Source: Stramenopiles sp. TOSAG23-2 (lineage: Eukaryota). From it: 20,000 nt of DNA. The notes below the pieces were generated by a model. It ran no database searches, was not told the origin of the DNA, and saw only the letters and a program-made list of their open reading frames with translations. Positions within the stretch are counted from its first letter, which is position 1; every line of letters starts with the position of its first letter. Shown in pieces: positions 1 to 10,405 of this stretch. The position numbers and the translations under genes were made by a program. The stretch covers positions 58,094-78,093 of the forward strand of contig LT649240.1 of assembly GCA_900128395.1 (NCBI GenBank), read 5' to 3'.

Positions 1-231
1 CCGTTTTCTAATTGGTTGTGAATTGGTGAATATTGCAACTCACAATTCATATAAATATGCATCTGCCTATCTGCAATTCTATTTCCTATACTATTTACAT
101 GTAAATTATTATTATTATTATTTGATACAACTATACTTTCGTAACTTATATGTATGCACTGAAATATATAAACTATAATAACTGCCAACATGATAATAAG
201 ATGTACATACACAGAAACAACGATATCAAAA

Positions 232-493
232 ACATATTGAAGATAATATTACTAATAAAACCAACATAATATAATAATATATTAAGTTAAAAAAGATGCC
301 TTTAACAAATTCTGGAAAACGTTTTGTTGGTAAACCAAGAAATGCATCACGTTCACGTACTGACATATTGAAGATAATATTACTAATAAAACCAACATAA
401 TATAATAATATATTAAGTAATAAGAGATGCCTTTAACTAATTCTGGAAAACGTTTTGTTGGTAAACCAAGAAATGCATCACGTTCACGTACTG
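232..493. repeat. Tandem duplication, 131-bp period, spanning the start codon of the 453-aa gene
   Basis: 232-362 vs 363-493; differences just before the ATG and one synonymous ACA/ACT change. Confidence 0.95.
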
Positions 494-1788
494 CTGGTGC
501 AACGATGCCAAGAGCCAAATTAGATACTACTCGTGGAGGCAGGGCTGTAAGTTCTGCGGCAACCACAACGCCTGGGTATCGAAACAATGCAATAACGGCG
601 CAAAGTCAATGGGGTGGTATAGCGCCAACTGGTAAAGCTGCAGCACAAGCAGCTATATTACAATTTGCCGGTGCTTCTGGTACTATGGGTATAATTTATA
701 TTATAGGAACTTATGTCTTGAGTGTTAGCATTGATGAACAATATAAAGAAAAAAAATTAGAACCAAAAGTATTTTTATCTTTGCCTATCGCGTCATGGTT
801 GTATATTAAAGGTTTCAGTTATATGTTTGGTTTTATTTATGGCATTCTAATGAAAATGTATTGGAAATGCAATGATTATCAAGGCCGTTCGAAAGTGCGA
901 ACATTTTTTGTATATTTAGTCTTGGATTTTATTTTAGCATGTTGGAATTTAGTTGCGATATTAGTCAATTTAAAAGGAGGTGAAATAGATTTTTATTGGT
1001 TCTTTATAATAATGTGTTGTTTAAGTATCATATTGATACCATGTGAAATTGTAAAAGTAGTTCATATTATTGATTCAGAAATGCAACGTAAAGCTAATGA
1101 AAAGGAACGGAAGACGAGAAGAAAGAATAATGGTGAGCAACAACAACAACAACAACAACGAGGGATGAGGCAAGGAGAAGATATTGAATCAAAAGTTAGT
1201 GTTGATAGTATTGAATCGAAATTAACTGATGGTAATGGTAATATGCCAACTGCAGTAGCATCACCAGTGAATACAAACGTTGGGCATATGGAAACGAATA
1301 TAAATCAATTTCAACCATCTGCACCTGCATCATTGAATGGTATTGAATTAAATATTCCAACTCATAATAATAATAATAACAATATGTATGATTTTACATT
1401 GGTAAAAAATGCTCAATTAAAAGCAGCAAAATTTGAAGAAATGTGGGTAAATATGCAACCATGTGGAGGGTTTCATTCAGGTATACAATATTATCCTGAA
1501 ATATCGACGCTAAATGAACATTTAAAAAGTCGTGATTTTGGTATCATTGCAAGTGGTTTAGTTGGTACGGGTACAAGATTATTTTTATATGCTATTGAAG
1601 ATCATCAATTTACCAGTCGCCCTGGTTATGAACAAGCATCTGGTATCTTTTTATGTGAAATAGTATTGAGTACATCTGAGAATGGTGAATATTATTGCAA
1701 AGCAACATATAAATGTAGCAAACCAGGCTTAGTCGATACATTTCAAAATTATTTAATGTTGCACGAAGTGTTTGGTGAGATGTATTGA
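427..1788 (+). CDS. Multi-pass (about 4 TM) membrane protein with C-terminal beta-adaptin appendage platform-like domain (AP-4 beta / B2-adapt-app_C-like)
   Basis: Intronless 453-aa ORF. Four hydrophobic segments (MGIIYIIGTYVLSV; LPIASWLYIKGFSYMFGFIYGILM; FFVYLVLDFILACWNLVAILV; FYWFFIIMCCLSIILIPCEIV), then a Q/N-rich linker. The C-terminus (LKAAKFEEMW...LNEHLKSRDFGIIASG...LFLYA...FLCEIVL...ATYKC...F) resembles the beta-adaptin appendage platform subdomain, recognised by eye. Confidence 0.7.
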   Translation: MPLTNSGKRFVGKPRNASRSRTAGATMPRAKLDTTRGGRAVSSAATTTPGYRNNAITAQSQWGGIAPTGKAAAQAAILQFAGASGTMGIIYIIGTYVLSVSIDEQYKEKKLEPKVFLSLPIASWLYIKGFSYMFGFIYGILMKMYWKCNDYQGRSKVRTFFVYLVLDFILACWNLVAILVNLKGGEIDFYWFFIIMCCLSIILIPCEIVKVVHIIDSEMQRKANEKERKTRRKNNGEQQQQQQQRGMRQGEDIESKVSVDSIESKLTDGNGNMPTAVASPVNTNVGHMETNINQFQPSAPASLNGIELNIPTHNNNNNNMYDFTLVKNAQLKAAKFEEMWVNMQPCGGFHSGIQYYPEISTLNEHLKSRDFGIIASGLVGTGTRLFLYAIEDHQFTSRPGYEQASGIFLCEIVLSTSENGEYYCKATYKCSKPGLVDTFQNYLMLHEVFGEMY

Positions 1789-1933
1789 GAGAGAGAGAGA
1801 GAGAGAGAGGAAGAGAAAGAGAGACAAGGGATGATAAAAATTTTCAAAATTATTTAATGTTGCACGAAGTGTTTGGTGAGATGTATTGAGAGAGAGGAAG
1901 AGAAAGAGAAAGAGAGACAAGGGATGATAAAAA
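1741..1933. repeat. Tandem duplication (about 100 bp) spanning the stop codon of the 453-aa gene
   Basis: tttcaaaattatttaatgttgcacgaagtg...gggatgataaaaa at 1741 and 1842; the copies differ in the GA-rich tract. Confidence 0.93.
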
Positions 1934-2647
1934 TAGGTGCGGGGAGAACATGCCCGTCTGTGTATGTACATTAGTGTTTCTTCAGTATTTTTTAGTGTAA
2001 AAATTTGATTTTCAATATTTTATTTTTCAACTCTCGTCACCTTTTATACCATGGTATACTTCGTACTTCACTTTTTTTTCGGCCCCTATAAAAATGATCG
2101 ACCCGTTGTCTCTGTCTCTGTCATGTGTCGTGTGCCATTTGATCCATATTGACTTTTTGTTCATGAAGATGGTAGTTATACATCATGTGTACAGTACATG
2201 GTTGTTATACATAATTCTAAAATAGTTGGACTAACGATCATTTCGTTCAACATAAAATTAAGAGACTTTTATGAAATACAAACCGTGAAACAAAGAGAAA
2301 GAGAGACAAGGGATGATAAAAATAGGTGCGGGGAGAACATGCCCGTCTGTGTATGTACATTAGTGTTTCTTCAGTATTTTTTAGTGTAAAAATTTGATTT
2401 TCAATATTTTATTTTCAACTCTCGTCACCTTAATTTTACTTCACGGCCCCTAAAATGATCGACCCGTTGTTGTCTCTGGTTGTGTCGTGTGCCATTTGAT
2501 CCATATTGACTTTTTGTTCATGAAGATGGTAGTTATACACCATGTGTACAGATGGTTGTTATACATAATTCTAAAATAGTTGGACTAACGATCATTTCGT
2601 TCAACATAAAATTAAGAGACTTTTATGAAATACAAACCGTGAAACAC
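1903..2647. repeat. Diverged tandem duplication of intergenic DNA (about 390 and 355 bp)
   Basis: aaagagaaagagagacaaggg...atacaaaccgtgaaaca occurs twice (about 1903-2292 and 2292-2647) with SNPs and indels. Confidence 0.93.
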
Positions 2648-2732
2648 AACTCTAACGTTTAAATATATTAACCACAATTGTATATCATTTTTTTTATTGC
2701 GTGTGTATAAAATACCTTCTTTCTATCATACA

Positions 2733-3566
2733 ATGTGCATGAATACTTTTATCATTATATTATTAACATTATTATTATGTGTAATTGTACATGGGGATGT
2801 TTATATGAATCAACCTAGAGGTAGTAACAACAAATTAAATGAAGTTAGTGATAATGTACGAAATGATAATCGCTTATTTGATAGTCAAAACAATGCTGCA
2901 GCTGGATATCAAGTTGGTGATAAATGCAATCCATCATGTGCCATTGATACAAACAACGATAGGAATGCAGCACCAGATACATATAGATCGGATTATCCAG
3001 GAGCAGGGAAAGGGATCATGTATTATTATGCATCTAGCTTCTTACAAATAGAATGGACTGCGCAGCATGGATGTGGTGTAGAAGACCGAACGAATCAGTG
3101 TGAGATGATACTACAATACATGTGCGAAGATACAACGAAAGGAATAAGGGATGGCACCACACGTGCAACAATTGGTGGTGGGCATAATGAAAATGGTGGA
3201 AATACAGCTGATAATGCTGCCGGGTTAAATGAAAGAGTATTTCCAAGCGAAGAGAAAGCAAATGATCCGAAATATGGTCAACATGAAAATTTCAATTATT
3301 ATATGAATTGTAAAACAAGGGAGAGAAATAAAGGGTTATTTACTTCGGATAAATTGCAATCAACGACAAGGCAGCAAACCGCACTTTATACGAGACAAGG
3401 CAACAACGGAGAACGTTATGGTTTTGAATGTCCAGAGGAACGAGATTACTATCCATATTGGCATCCATCACCTTGGCGTGATATTGCTGTTTTAACTGAT
3501 GATACTTCACGTTGCAAATATTATCAAGAGATGCTTTGTATTTCATCAAGAAAATTTTTAAAATAA
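2733..3566 (+). CDS. DD3-3-like secreted protein, 3'-truncated (partial gene or pseudogene)
   Basis: Signal peptide MCMNTFIIILLTLLLCVIVHG (ATG at 2733 or 2739) followed by DVYMNQPRGSNNKLNE, RLFDSQNN, IEWTAQHGCG, ILQYMC, ERNKGLF and RYGFECPEERDYYPYWHPSPWRDIAV, the motifs of Dictyostelium DD3-3-like proteins. Similarity ends near CKYYQE (about 3530). Confidence 0.8.
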   Translation: MCMNTFIIILLTLLLCVIVHGDVYMNQPRGSNNKLNEVSDNVRNDNRLFDSQNNAAAGYQVGDKCNPSCAIDTNNDRNAAPDTYRSDYPGAGKGIMYYYASSFLQIEWTAQHGCGVEDRTNQCEMILQYMCEDTTKGIRDGTTRATIGGGHNENGGNTADNAAGLNERVFPSEEKANDPKYGQHENFNYYMNCKTRERNKGLFTSDKLQSTTRQQTALYTRQGNNGERYGFECPEERDYYPYWHPSPWRDIAVLTDDTSRCKYYQEMLCISSRKFLK

Positions 3567-3664
3567 GGGCATACGAACGTATAATATATTTTAAACCGTT
3601 TGGGGAGACAAGCACGCGCGTGCGTTGTGTTAATTAATCTGAGAAACATGTTATGATGTGTGTT

Positions 3665-3968
3665 TCATTTAAATTAAACTAGAGTGGTGTGGTGTGTGTG
3701 TTATTTGTTAAAAACTCTGGGTTCTTAATACGAGTAATTTTTTTATATGATACTAATAATATAATTTAATTTACGCATAATTTATTTTTAATTTACTCAT
3801 GATAATTCCTACTCTTCAAAAGAATAAAATAACTGAAATAATCTATCTCACACAAATCATTTAAATTAAACTAGAGTGGTGTGGTGTGTGTGTTATTTGT
3901 TAAAAACTCTGTGGGTTCTTAATTACAAATATCGTGTGTTATTTTTTTTTATGATACGAGTAATTTTT
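3665..3968. repeat. Diverged direct repeat, 192-bp offset
   Basis: tcatttaaattaaactagagtggtgtggtgtgtgtgttatttgttaaaaactctg at 3665 and 3857, followed by indel-separated gggttcttaat and atacgagtaattttt. Confidence 0.88.
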
Positions 3969-4286
3969 ATTTTAAAATAATAAAATCATTTATTCTCAAG
4001 CATTCTAGTAAAATTTATTTTTTTAAGTATTTACCTAAAACTTGTGCTTGTGGAGTATTGGTTTGCAGAGGTGCATTAGAGCTTTACTATAGTAGAATAG
4101 CATATTATTCTTGCGATTGAGTATTGAGCATATTACTTAACACGAGAAGTGTAAAATTATTACGCGTGTATAACTTAGATTTTAACCATCATATTTATAT
4201 CAATATTTTAATTCATTATAAAAAAGTACATTATCTCTCTCTCTCTCTCTGACATATACAAGAGAGACTAACGTTGTCATTTTACG

Positions 4287-4494
4287 AAGGTATAGAATGC
4301 ATATGTATATTTTCTTTTATGCAAATGTTTCGTTTTCAGTCATGTATGGTAATTTGTTACCTGGTGTAAAATCACGATCTGGACCATCTTAAGGTATAGA
4401 ATGCATATGTATATTTTCTTTTATGCAAATGTTTCGTTTTCAGTCATGTATGGTAATTTGTTACCTGGTGTAAAATCACGATCTGGACCATCTT
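4287..4494. repeat. Exact 104-bp tandem duplication spanning the proteasome beta1 stop codon
   Basis: 4287-4390 = 4391-4494. Confidence 0.95.
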
Positions 4495-5104
4495 TAGTAA
4501 TCATAACTGTACGTATAACACCACCAGATGAACCATCTCTTGACATAGCTAATGACAATGCTTTTTTAACAAAAGTTCTGCATTCTTCCCCGGTCATACC
4601 TGGTTTATATGTTGCATCGCAATATGCATAAATAAATGTCGAACCTGAACCGCCAATAGAGTATGGCTGTCTAACCATGGTACCACCAATCGGTACAGAA
4701 TAAACTTGGCCACCATTAACCTCGTCCCAGCCAGCAACGATAATACCAGCCATTAGTTGATCTTTATAGTCATAACAAAATTTACGAAAAAGTGTTGCAG
4801 CAGTTTTTACTTGTGGTTTTTTTTTTTCACCTAATGTTACACCATGGGATGCAAGTTGGTATCGAACTATATCAGAAATGGCTTGTGTATCTGCTGCGGA
4901 ACCAGAACGACAGCAATAGATCGTATCATGTACTTCTGTGAGTTTATCACTAACTCTGTTTGCTACATATGATCCAGTAGATGTTCTACTATCTGCACCA
5001 AGTATGACACCACCGTCGAATTCAACAGCTATGATAGAAGTACCTGAATCAACTTCACCTTTTTTGTGTATTTCACGCTCTGCCCAATTCCAAATATCAG
5101 TCAT
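4421..5104 (-). CDS. PSMB6: 20S proteasome subunit beta type-1 (beta1/PRE3; PSMB6 orthologue), catalytic Ntn-hydrolase
   Basis: Propeptide [41 protein letters not shown] with catalytic Thr1; [22 protein letters not shown] and [10 protein letters not shown] motifs. Intronless, TAA stop at 4421-4423. Confidence 0.96.
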   Translation of the reverse strand: MTDIWNWAEREIHKKGEVDSGTSIIAVEFDGGVILGADSRTSTGSYVANRVSDKLTEVHDTIYCCRSGSAADTQAISDIVRYQLASHGVTLGEKKKPQVKTAATLFRKFCYDYKDQLMAGIIVAGWDEVNGGQVYSVPIGGTMVRQPYSIGGSGSTFIYAYCDATYKPGMTGEECRTFVKKALSLAMSRDGSSGGVIRTVMITKDGPDRDFTPGNKLPYMTENETFA

Positions 5105-5353
5105 TATTTACACACACACACACACAGAAAATTATAAACTTTACTAAATATAATATATATATATATATATATATGTTTGTTTTGTTGTATCCTTTTTTCC
5201 CTTTGTATATATCATTTCACGCTCTGCCCAATTCCAAATATCAGTCATTATTTACACACACACACACAGAAAATTATAAACTTTACTAAATATAATATAT
5301 ATATATATATATATGTTTGTTTTGTTGTATCCTTTTTTCCCTTTGTATATATC
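5070..5353. repeat. Tandem duplication (144/140 bp) spanning the proteasome beta1 start codon
   Basis: 5070-5213 vs 5214-5353; the copies differ in (CA)n and (TA)n lengths. Confidence 0.95.
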
Positions 5354-5486
5354 TATATACCTATATGATCTGTATATTTTAGTTCGTACATTGTATTATA
5401 TTCAATATAATTAGATCAAATCACTTATTCATTGTTGTTTGCCATTTTCAAATAATCTTAAAAATCTAAATCGATCGATCTTTCAG

Positions 5487-5908
5487 TACTATGTCTATGT
5501 TATTATTTCTATCATAGTAGAAATATCTAACATTAGTATAATGAATATTATACTTAAACGCTATTTCTATACAAATAAACACAAAGGAAGTGGACTCTCT
5601 GCATACAACTCCAACATTCAGCAGCAGGAAAATAATGTATTATATTATATATATTGGATATTCAAGTGTGAGATGGCAATATTTCCAATACTGAACAGTG
5701 TTATTTATACTATGTCTATGTTATTATTTCTATCATAGTAGAAATATCTAACATTAGTATAAGGAATATTATACTTAAACGCTATTTCTATACAAATAAA
5801 CACAAAGACGTGGACTCTCTGCAACAACTCCAACATTCAGCAGGAAAATAATGTATTGGATATTCAAGTGTGAGATGGCAATATTTCCAATACTGAACAG
5901 TGTTATTT
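5487..5908. repeat. Diverged tandem duplication (about 220/200 bp) in the divergent intergenic region
   Basis: tactatgtctatgttattatttctatc...ctgaacagtgttattt at 5487 and 5708 with small indels. Confidence 0.93.
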
Positions 5909-6179
5909 TATATTTTAATTTGATATCATGAATAATAATAATAAAAAATATCTAATTTATTCATTCATTATTATTAATAGAATCTGTTATTGATGGAAGA
6001 ACAGTAAGACAAGACAAGATAGATATATCAATACAAGAAATATATAGATTCATTAATTAAATATAAATAAATATATATATATATATATATACAAGATTAA
6101 AAAATAATACTTATTTAGTAGTATCATTATTAGCTTTATAATAATACCGCTGTCTGGAAAAAACAAATACAGCAATTAG

Positions 6180-7527
6180 CTTTATACAAGAACATCAAAA
6201 ATGGGTTGCTTCAGTAAAAGCAAAAGATTTATTTGTATCAGTTGGTGATCCAAAAACAACTGGTTTTATCCAAAAGACTACTACATATGCAGTCGTTACA
6301 CGTTTTGATGGAAAAGATGAAATGGTTGTACGGCGGAGATACAGTGATTTCGATTGGTTATATCAAGTATTACATGCAAGATATACTGGTATACCTATTC
6401 CAGGATTACCACCAAAAGGTATGGTAAAAGGAGATGCTTTCATGGCAAAACGTGTTGTTGGTCTTGAAAGTTTTTTAAAAGAGCTTGTAAAAAATCCATT
6501 TTTAAGGGAAGATGCAACTTTCAGCGAATTTATTCGTAGCCACGACACTGCTGGCAGCTGGACTGCATTGAAGAAAATTGCATTGGAAAAAGCAAAATTA
6601 CCATGGAGCGAAAGAGTAGAGGCAAAGCGTTGGAGAGATTATTTGGAAAGCATGGAAAATCAAGGTGATATTACCTCCGTTGTTAACGTTGCATCGAAAT
6701 TTGCTGATAGTTTAAGAACGGCAATTGATGCCAATTTATCAAAATCAAAAACATATGGAGATAAATCAAAAACATTAGCAGGTGGACTGGACGATGTACA
6801 TAAAACATGGGAAAGTTACAAAAATGCTACTTTTAATTTGGCAGATGGTGTTGAAAGTGGTAGTGAAAAGCTTATGGAAATATTTAAAAATTTAGAAAAT
6901 ATTTTAACAACCGCATTAGATGGAACTGCTATGTTAGGTGATTTTGAAATGGGACGTTCAACACGAAAAACAAATTTCTTCGCTGAAACATTGAGTTTCG
7001 TAAGGAGCAAAATCGTTAGTTTGAAAAAAGTATTAACAAAATACGAAGAATTGAAAAAGAAAGAACGTAGTTCGAAAATGGCCCATAGTAAAGCGGTTGC
7101 TAATTATGAAGCATCGCAAGCACAAGGAAAAGAAGATAAAGGAGATGCATTGAAAATTACTATGAAAACGAAAGAATCGGAAGCTGATCAAGCTGAGAAA
7201 GAATTAAAAGCAATGGAAATTTCAGTTGCATTGGTACAAATTCCAGAAGTTTTATCAGAAATGCGTGTGGAATTTGAAGCAAAAATTATATATTATGCAA
7301 AAGCAGAAGCAGCAAAAGAAAGTGAGCAAAAAGAATTTTGGCTTGAACAATTACGAAAATTAGGAAACAACGATTCAAATGAAGCGTTGAAAGTAGCATT
7401 AGATGATTTACAAATAATTACAGATTTGGATGATTGGTTACAAGAAGTTAAATTAAGCGATCCGGTCAACGTCGGTTTAGGTAGTAAAGATATTGCAGTC
7501 AATGTTGTAGATGCTGATTGTGTATAA
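6180..7527 (+). CDS. Sorting nexin (PX + BAR domains); true start lies upstream of the ORF-track Met
   Basis: PX motifs VRRRYSDFDWL, IPIPGLPPK, KRVVGLESFL and NPFL, followed by a long helical BAR-like region. The frame is open from 6145 and encodes the first PX strands (LFVSVGDPKTTGFIQKTTTYAVVT). A possible micro-exon ATG GAA GAA CA (5993-6003)|gtaag...attag|C (6180) would join in frame as MEEHFIQEHQKW; this junction is tentative. Confidence 0.88.
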
Positions 7528-7629
7528 AATTCATATAGGATTTCATAAGTGGTGTGATTTATTAATTCATACAGGAGGGAATATTGTATTCTTTAAAAAA
7601 ATACACGAGATAATGATATCTGATGTGTT

Positions 7630-7857
7630 GTATGTGATAATATCTTGTGATGCTTTTGTAAATTGATAAAAGAGTTGATGTGTGCGGATACCTAGCCAGC
7701 TAGGTACAGTGCATGATGTTGTATACGATTAGTGTATGAAGCGGTATGTGATAATATCTTGTGATGCTTTTGTAAATTGATAAAAGAGTTGATGTGTGCG
7801 GATACCTAGCCAGCTAGGTACAGTGCATGATGTTGTATACGATTAGTGTATGAAGCG
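7630..7857. repeat. Exact 114-bp tandem duplication downstream of the sorting nexin
   Basis: 7630-7743 = 7744-7857; each copy contains the inverted repeat tacctagc-ca-gctaggta. Confidence 0.95.
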
Positions 7858-8014
7858 TACTAAAACGTGTAAAAAATAAAAACGCGCGTGGGGGTGTAAT
7901 TAATATAATATATATATAAATATTTTTTTACATCTCCTATTTTACTACGAAGCGTACAACAAAGACACACACATACACACACATGATAAGAAATCTCTTT
8001 TCTCCATTCCATAA

Positions 8015-8258
8015 TTATTTTCATGTTTGATTTGTATTTGATTGCATTAATTCATGTGCTTGTTCATCTACTTTTTTATCGAGAGCATCAGGTGTGACTT
8101 CATAAATTGTATGTACAGCACGTCGTTTACCTTTACTTATTTTCATGTTTGATTTGTATTTGATTGCATTAATTCATGTGCTTGTTCATCTACTTTTTTA
8201 TCGAGAGCATCAGGTGTGACTTCATAAATTGTATGTACAGCACGTCGTTTACCTTTAC
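8015..8258. repeat. Exact 122-bp tandem duplication spanning the PITH gene stop codon
   Basis: 8015-8136 = 8137-8258. Confidence 0.95.
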
Positions 8259-8808
8259 CAAATTCACCTTTGAAACCTATAAAATTAATTCTAGTAGTAT
8301 CAGCACCATAATTATCTTGTACAAAAATTGTTAATGAACTGACGGAATTGAATTGCCCCCGCCTTGTGAAATAATAACACGAACCATCAAAATCTTCATG
8401 TATTTGCTTCATTTCTTGTGTTGGTGTTGCATCTTCAGCAGTATCAAAATCAATATCATGTGCTTGTTTATTAACCCAAATCTTTACATTACGAGGTGCC
8501 ATACCACCATGATGACCGACGAAACATATACTTTTTATCGTACATGCTTCTGTAAATGGTATATGTAGCAATAGCTGTTCGTCCGCATCACTTTCTAAAT
8601 ATGGATCTTCGGTTGTCCTTTTATCATATACTTTAAAAGGATTTTTTCCCATACCATCTTCCGCTTCATTTAAACATGTAATACTATCTACGTCAATTTG
8701 ACCGAATAAAGGTTCTTCCCCTAACATTGAATCATCCTCATCATGGGAATGGTCATATACACCATGATTATGGCCATGGCCATTTGGATCACCATATGCA
8801 GCAGCCAT
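8143..8808 (-). CDS. PITHD1: PITH domain-containing protein (PITHD1-like)
   Basis: His-rich N-terminus; LFGQIDVDSITCLNE, LESDADEQLLLHIPFT, VKIWVN, IDFDTAE, FNSVSSLTIFV, NYGADTTRINFIGFKGE and IYEVTP match the stand-alone PITH family. Confidence 0.9.
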   Translation of the reverse strand: MAAAYGDPNGHGHNHGVYDHSHDEDDSMLGEEPLFGQIDVDSITCLNEAEDGMGKNPFKVYDKRTTEDPYLESDADEQLLLHIPFTEACTIKSICFVGHHGGMAPRNVKIWVNKQAHDIDFDTAEDATPTQEMKQIHEDFDGSCYYFTRRGQFNSVSSLTIFVQDNYGADTTRINFIGFKGEFGKGKRRAVHTIYEVTPDALDKKVDEQAHELMQSNTNQT

Positions 8809-8994
8809 TTTTTCTATATTTTGTAATTACTATTATAGAAAATGAGTTTGTTATGATGAAACGACTTTTATGTAAGTGCATGATTATGGCCATGGCCATT
8901 TGGATCACCATATGCAGCAGCCATTTTTTCTATATTTTGTAATTACTATTATAGAAAATGAGTTTGTTATGATGAAACGACTTTTATGTAAGTG
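8763..8994. repeat. Exact 116-bp tandem duplication spanning the PITH gene start codon
   Basis: 8763-8878 = 8879-8994. Confidence 0.95.
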
Positions 8995-9376
8995 CTTATA
9001 TAGAAGAAAAAGACGAAGAAGAAAGAAGAAGACGACTAGGAAGGAACTTTTAGTTTTGTGCTTTTTAAAAAAAAAATAATTAAAATAAAAAAAAAAAATG
9101 TTGTTGTGCTTGTTGAATTGCTGTTGCTTTATAATACGTGCATACTGGTTGTTAGCCAGTTAGTGCATTGTGTATTTTGGTCCACATCGTACTGATTATA
9201 TACTAAATATTATATTATAACTATCAAAAATGTACAATGTAAATTATATTTCGTCTGTACCAAGCCGCACCGAAAAACGCCTAACTCGTTCTAACTCTCC
9301 CTATTAGATGGATGTATCATTCTTGACATATATTGTTTTTTCTTATATATATTTGTAACTTGATATGTACATATGT

Positions 9377-10405
9377 AGATCTTTGTCTGATGATTTTGTA
9401 ATGAAATTATATTACAAAGAATGCCATCATAGGGATATGACAATTGTTGACAACAAAAATGCTGAAGATGAATTTGAAAAATAAGATATGCAAAAAAAAT
9501 ACAGGGCATTTTATAAAAATAATGCTCTGTTAGAAATCAAGCAATGCAATGAATGTTGTAACATCGTTATCGAAAGATGCACGATATATGTATATCGAGA
9601 TGCAGAAGGTAAACCACATTTTTTTGGCCAGATTTATCGATACGTACGTAAAAATCACGTGTACGCAAAGTATGTAATGAGAAATTTTTACCTTTGTAAG
9701 CTTTATCAAATGGTGTAATATCATGCTCTTTATGCTCTTTATCATGTGTAGACAAAGGACAACACATTAAACCAACATATCATTGCCAAGTTCTTCCAAG
9801 GAAGAAAAGGATCGATTTTTACAGAAATTGTCAACAGAAACAGGTTATACGTTTCAAAAAATATGCCGATGGTTTGTCAATCGAAGGCAAAGGGAAAGGA
9901 CGAAGAAGACGGAAGACGGCGACGAAGAAGAGGACAATGAATAATAATAATAATAAGAAGAAGACGAAGACGACGACGTATACTATGAAAATGAAAAATG
10001 GAGTGACAAAGCAAGTGAAGCGTGGCCGCCGTGTAGAAATCAAAAACAACGACGACAACGATGAAGTATTCATGCAAATACTGCGGGCTGGATTATAAAA
10101 CATCAGGGGGCCTAGGGAATCATAAAAGGCACTGCAAAGAAAATCCCGACGAAGAAGAATTTCGCGAGAATTTTGCAAAGAACAGACGAAAGCACGAAAT
10201 TGTAAAGGGTGGCAGGAATGCAAGAGATGCAAAAGACCGCAAAGTCTTGCTGATTTTGAAGCTGACCACAAGACCTGCACCGAATGCAGAGGTGGCGGCA
10301 ACAAACAGAGTCAGCAGTATTGCGCAGCGATTACCAGATGGCATAAAAAGTAATATTAATAGTCAGCAGTATCGCGCAGGGTATACCAGATGGCATAAAA
10401 AGTAA
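9377..10405 (+). pseudogene. Degenerate homeodomain + C2HC/C2H2-type zinc-finger locus
   Basis: The Met-less open frame 9771-9944 reads PSSSKEEKDRFLQKLSTETGYTFQKICRWFVNRRQRER (homeodomain helix 2-3 with WFxNRR) and then an acidic tract. ORF 10061-10405 has YSCKYCGLDYKTSGGLGNHKRHC (C-x2-C-x12-H-x3-C). In-frame TAA at 9482, 9768 and 9942-9956, with frame changes between segments. Confidence 0.5.

Noticed and set aside
296..400. Upstream ORF MPLTNSGKRF... as a regulatory uORF
   Set aside because: It is the first copy of the 131-bp duplication and probably not an independent feature.
7690..7707. Perfect inverted repeat tacctagc-ca-gctaggta as a terminator or Helitron end
   Set aside because: The context is eukaryotic, the stem is short, and there is no downstream CTAG end or other supporting element structure.
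4421..8808. Functional proteostasis cluster (proteasome beta1 near the PITH gene)
   Set aside because: Two related genes separated by a sorting nexin is compatible with chance in a gene-dense genome, and no synteny data are available.
232..8994. CRISPR array or LTR/TSD-type mobile element explanation for the repeats
   Set aside because: Each duplicate pair is unrelated to the others, with no constant repeat-spacer structure. No transposase, reverse transcriptase or cas gene is present.
9482..9956. TAA reassigned to Glu, since in-frame TAAs fall in Glu-rich context
   Set aside because: Neighbouring conserved genes end in TAA and have no internal TAA. The 5xTAA run is an (AAT)n microsatellite common in this window, so pseudogene decay is the simpler explanation.
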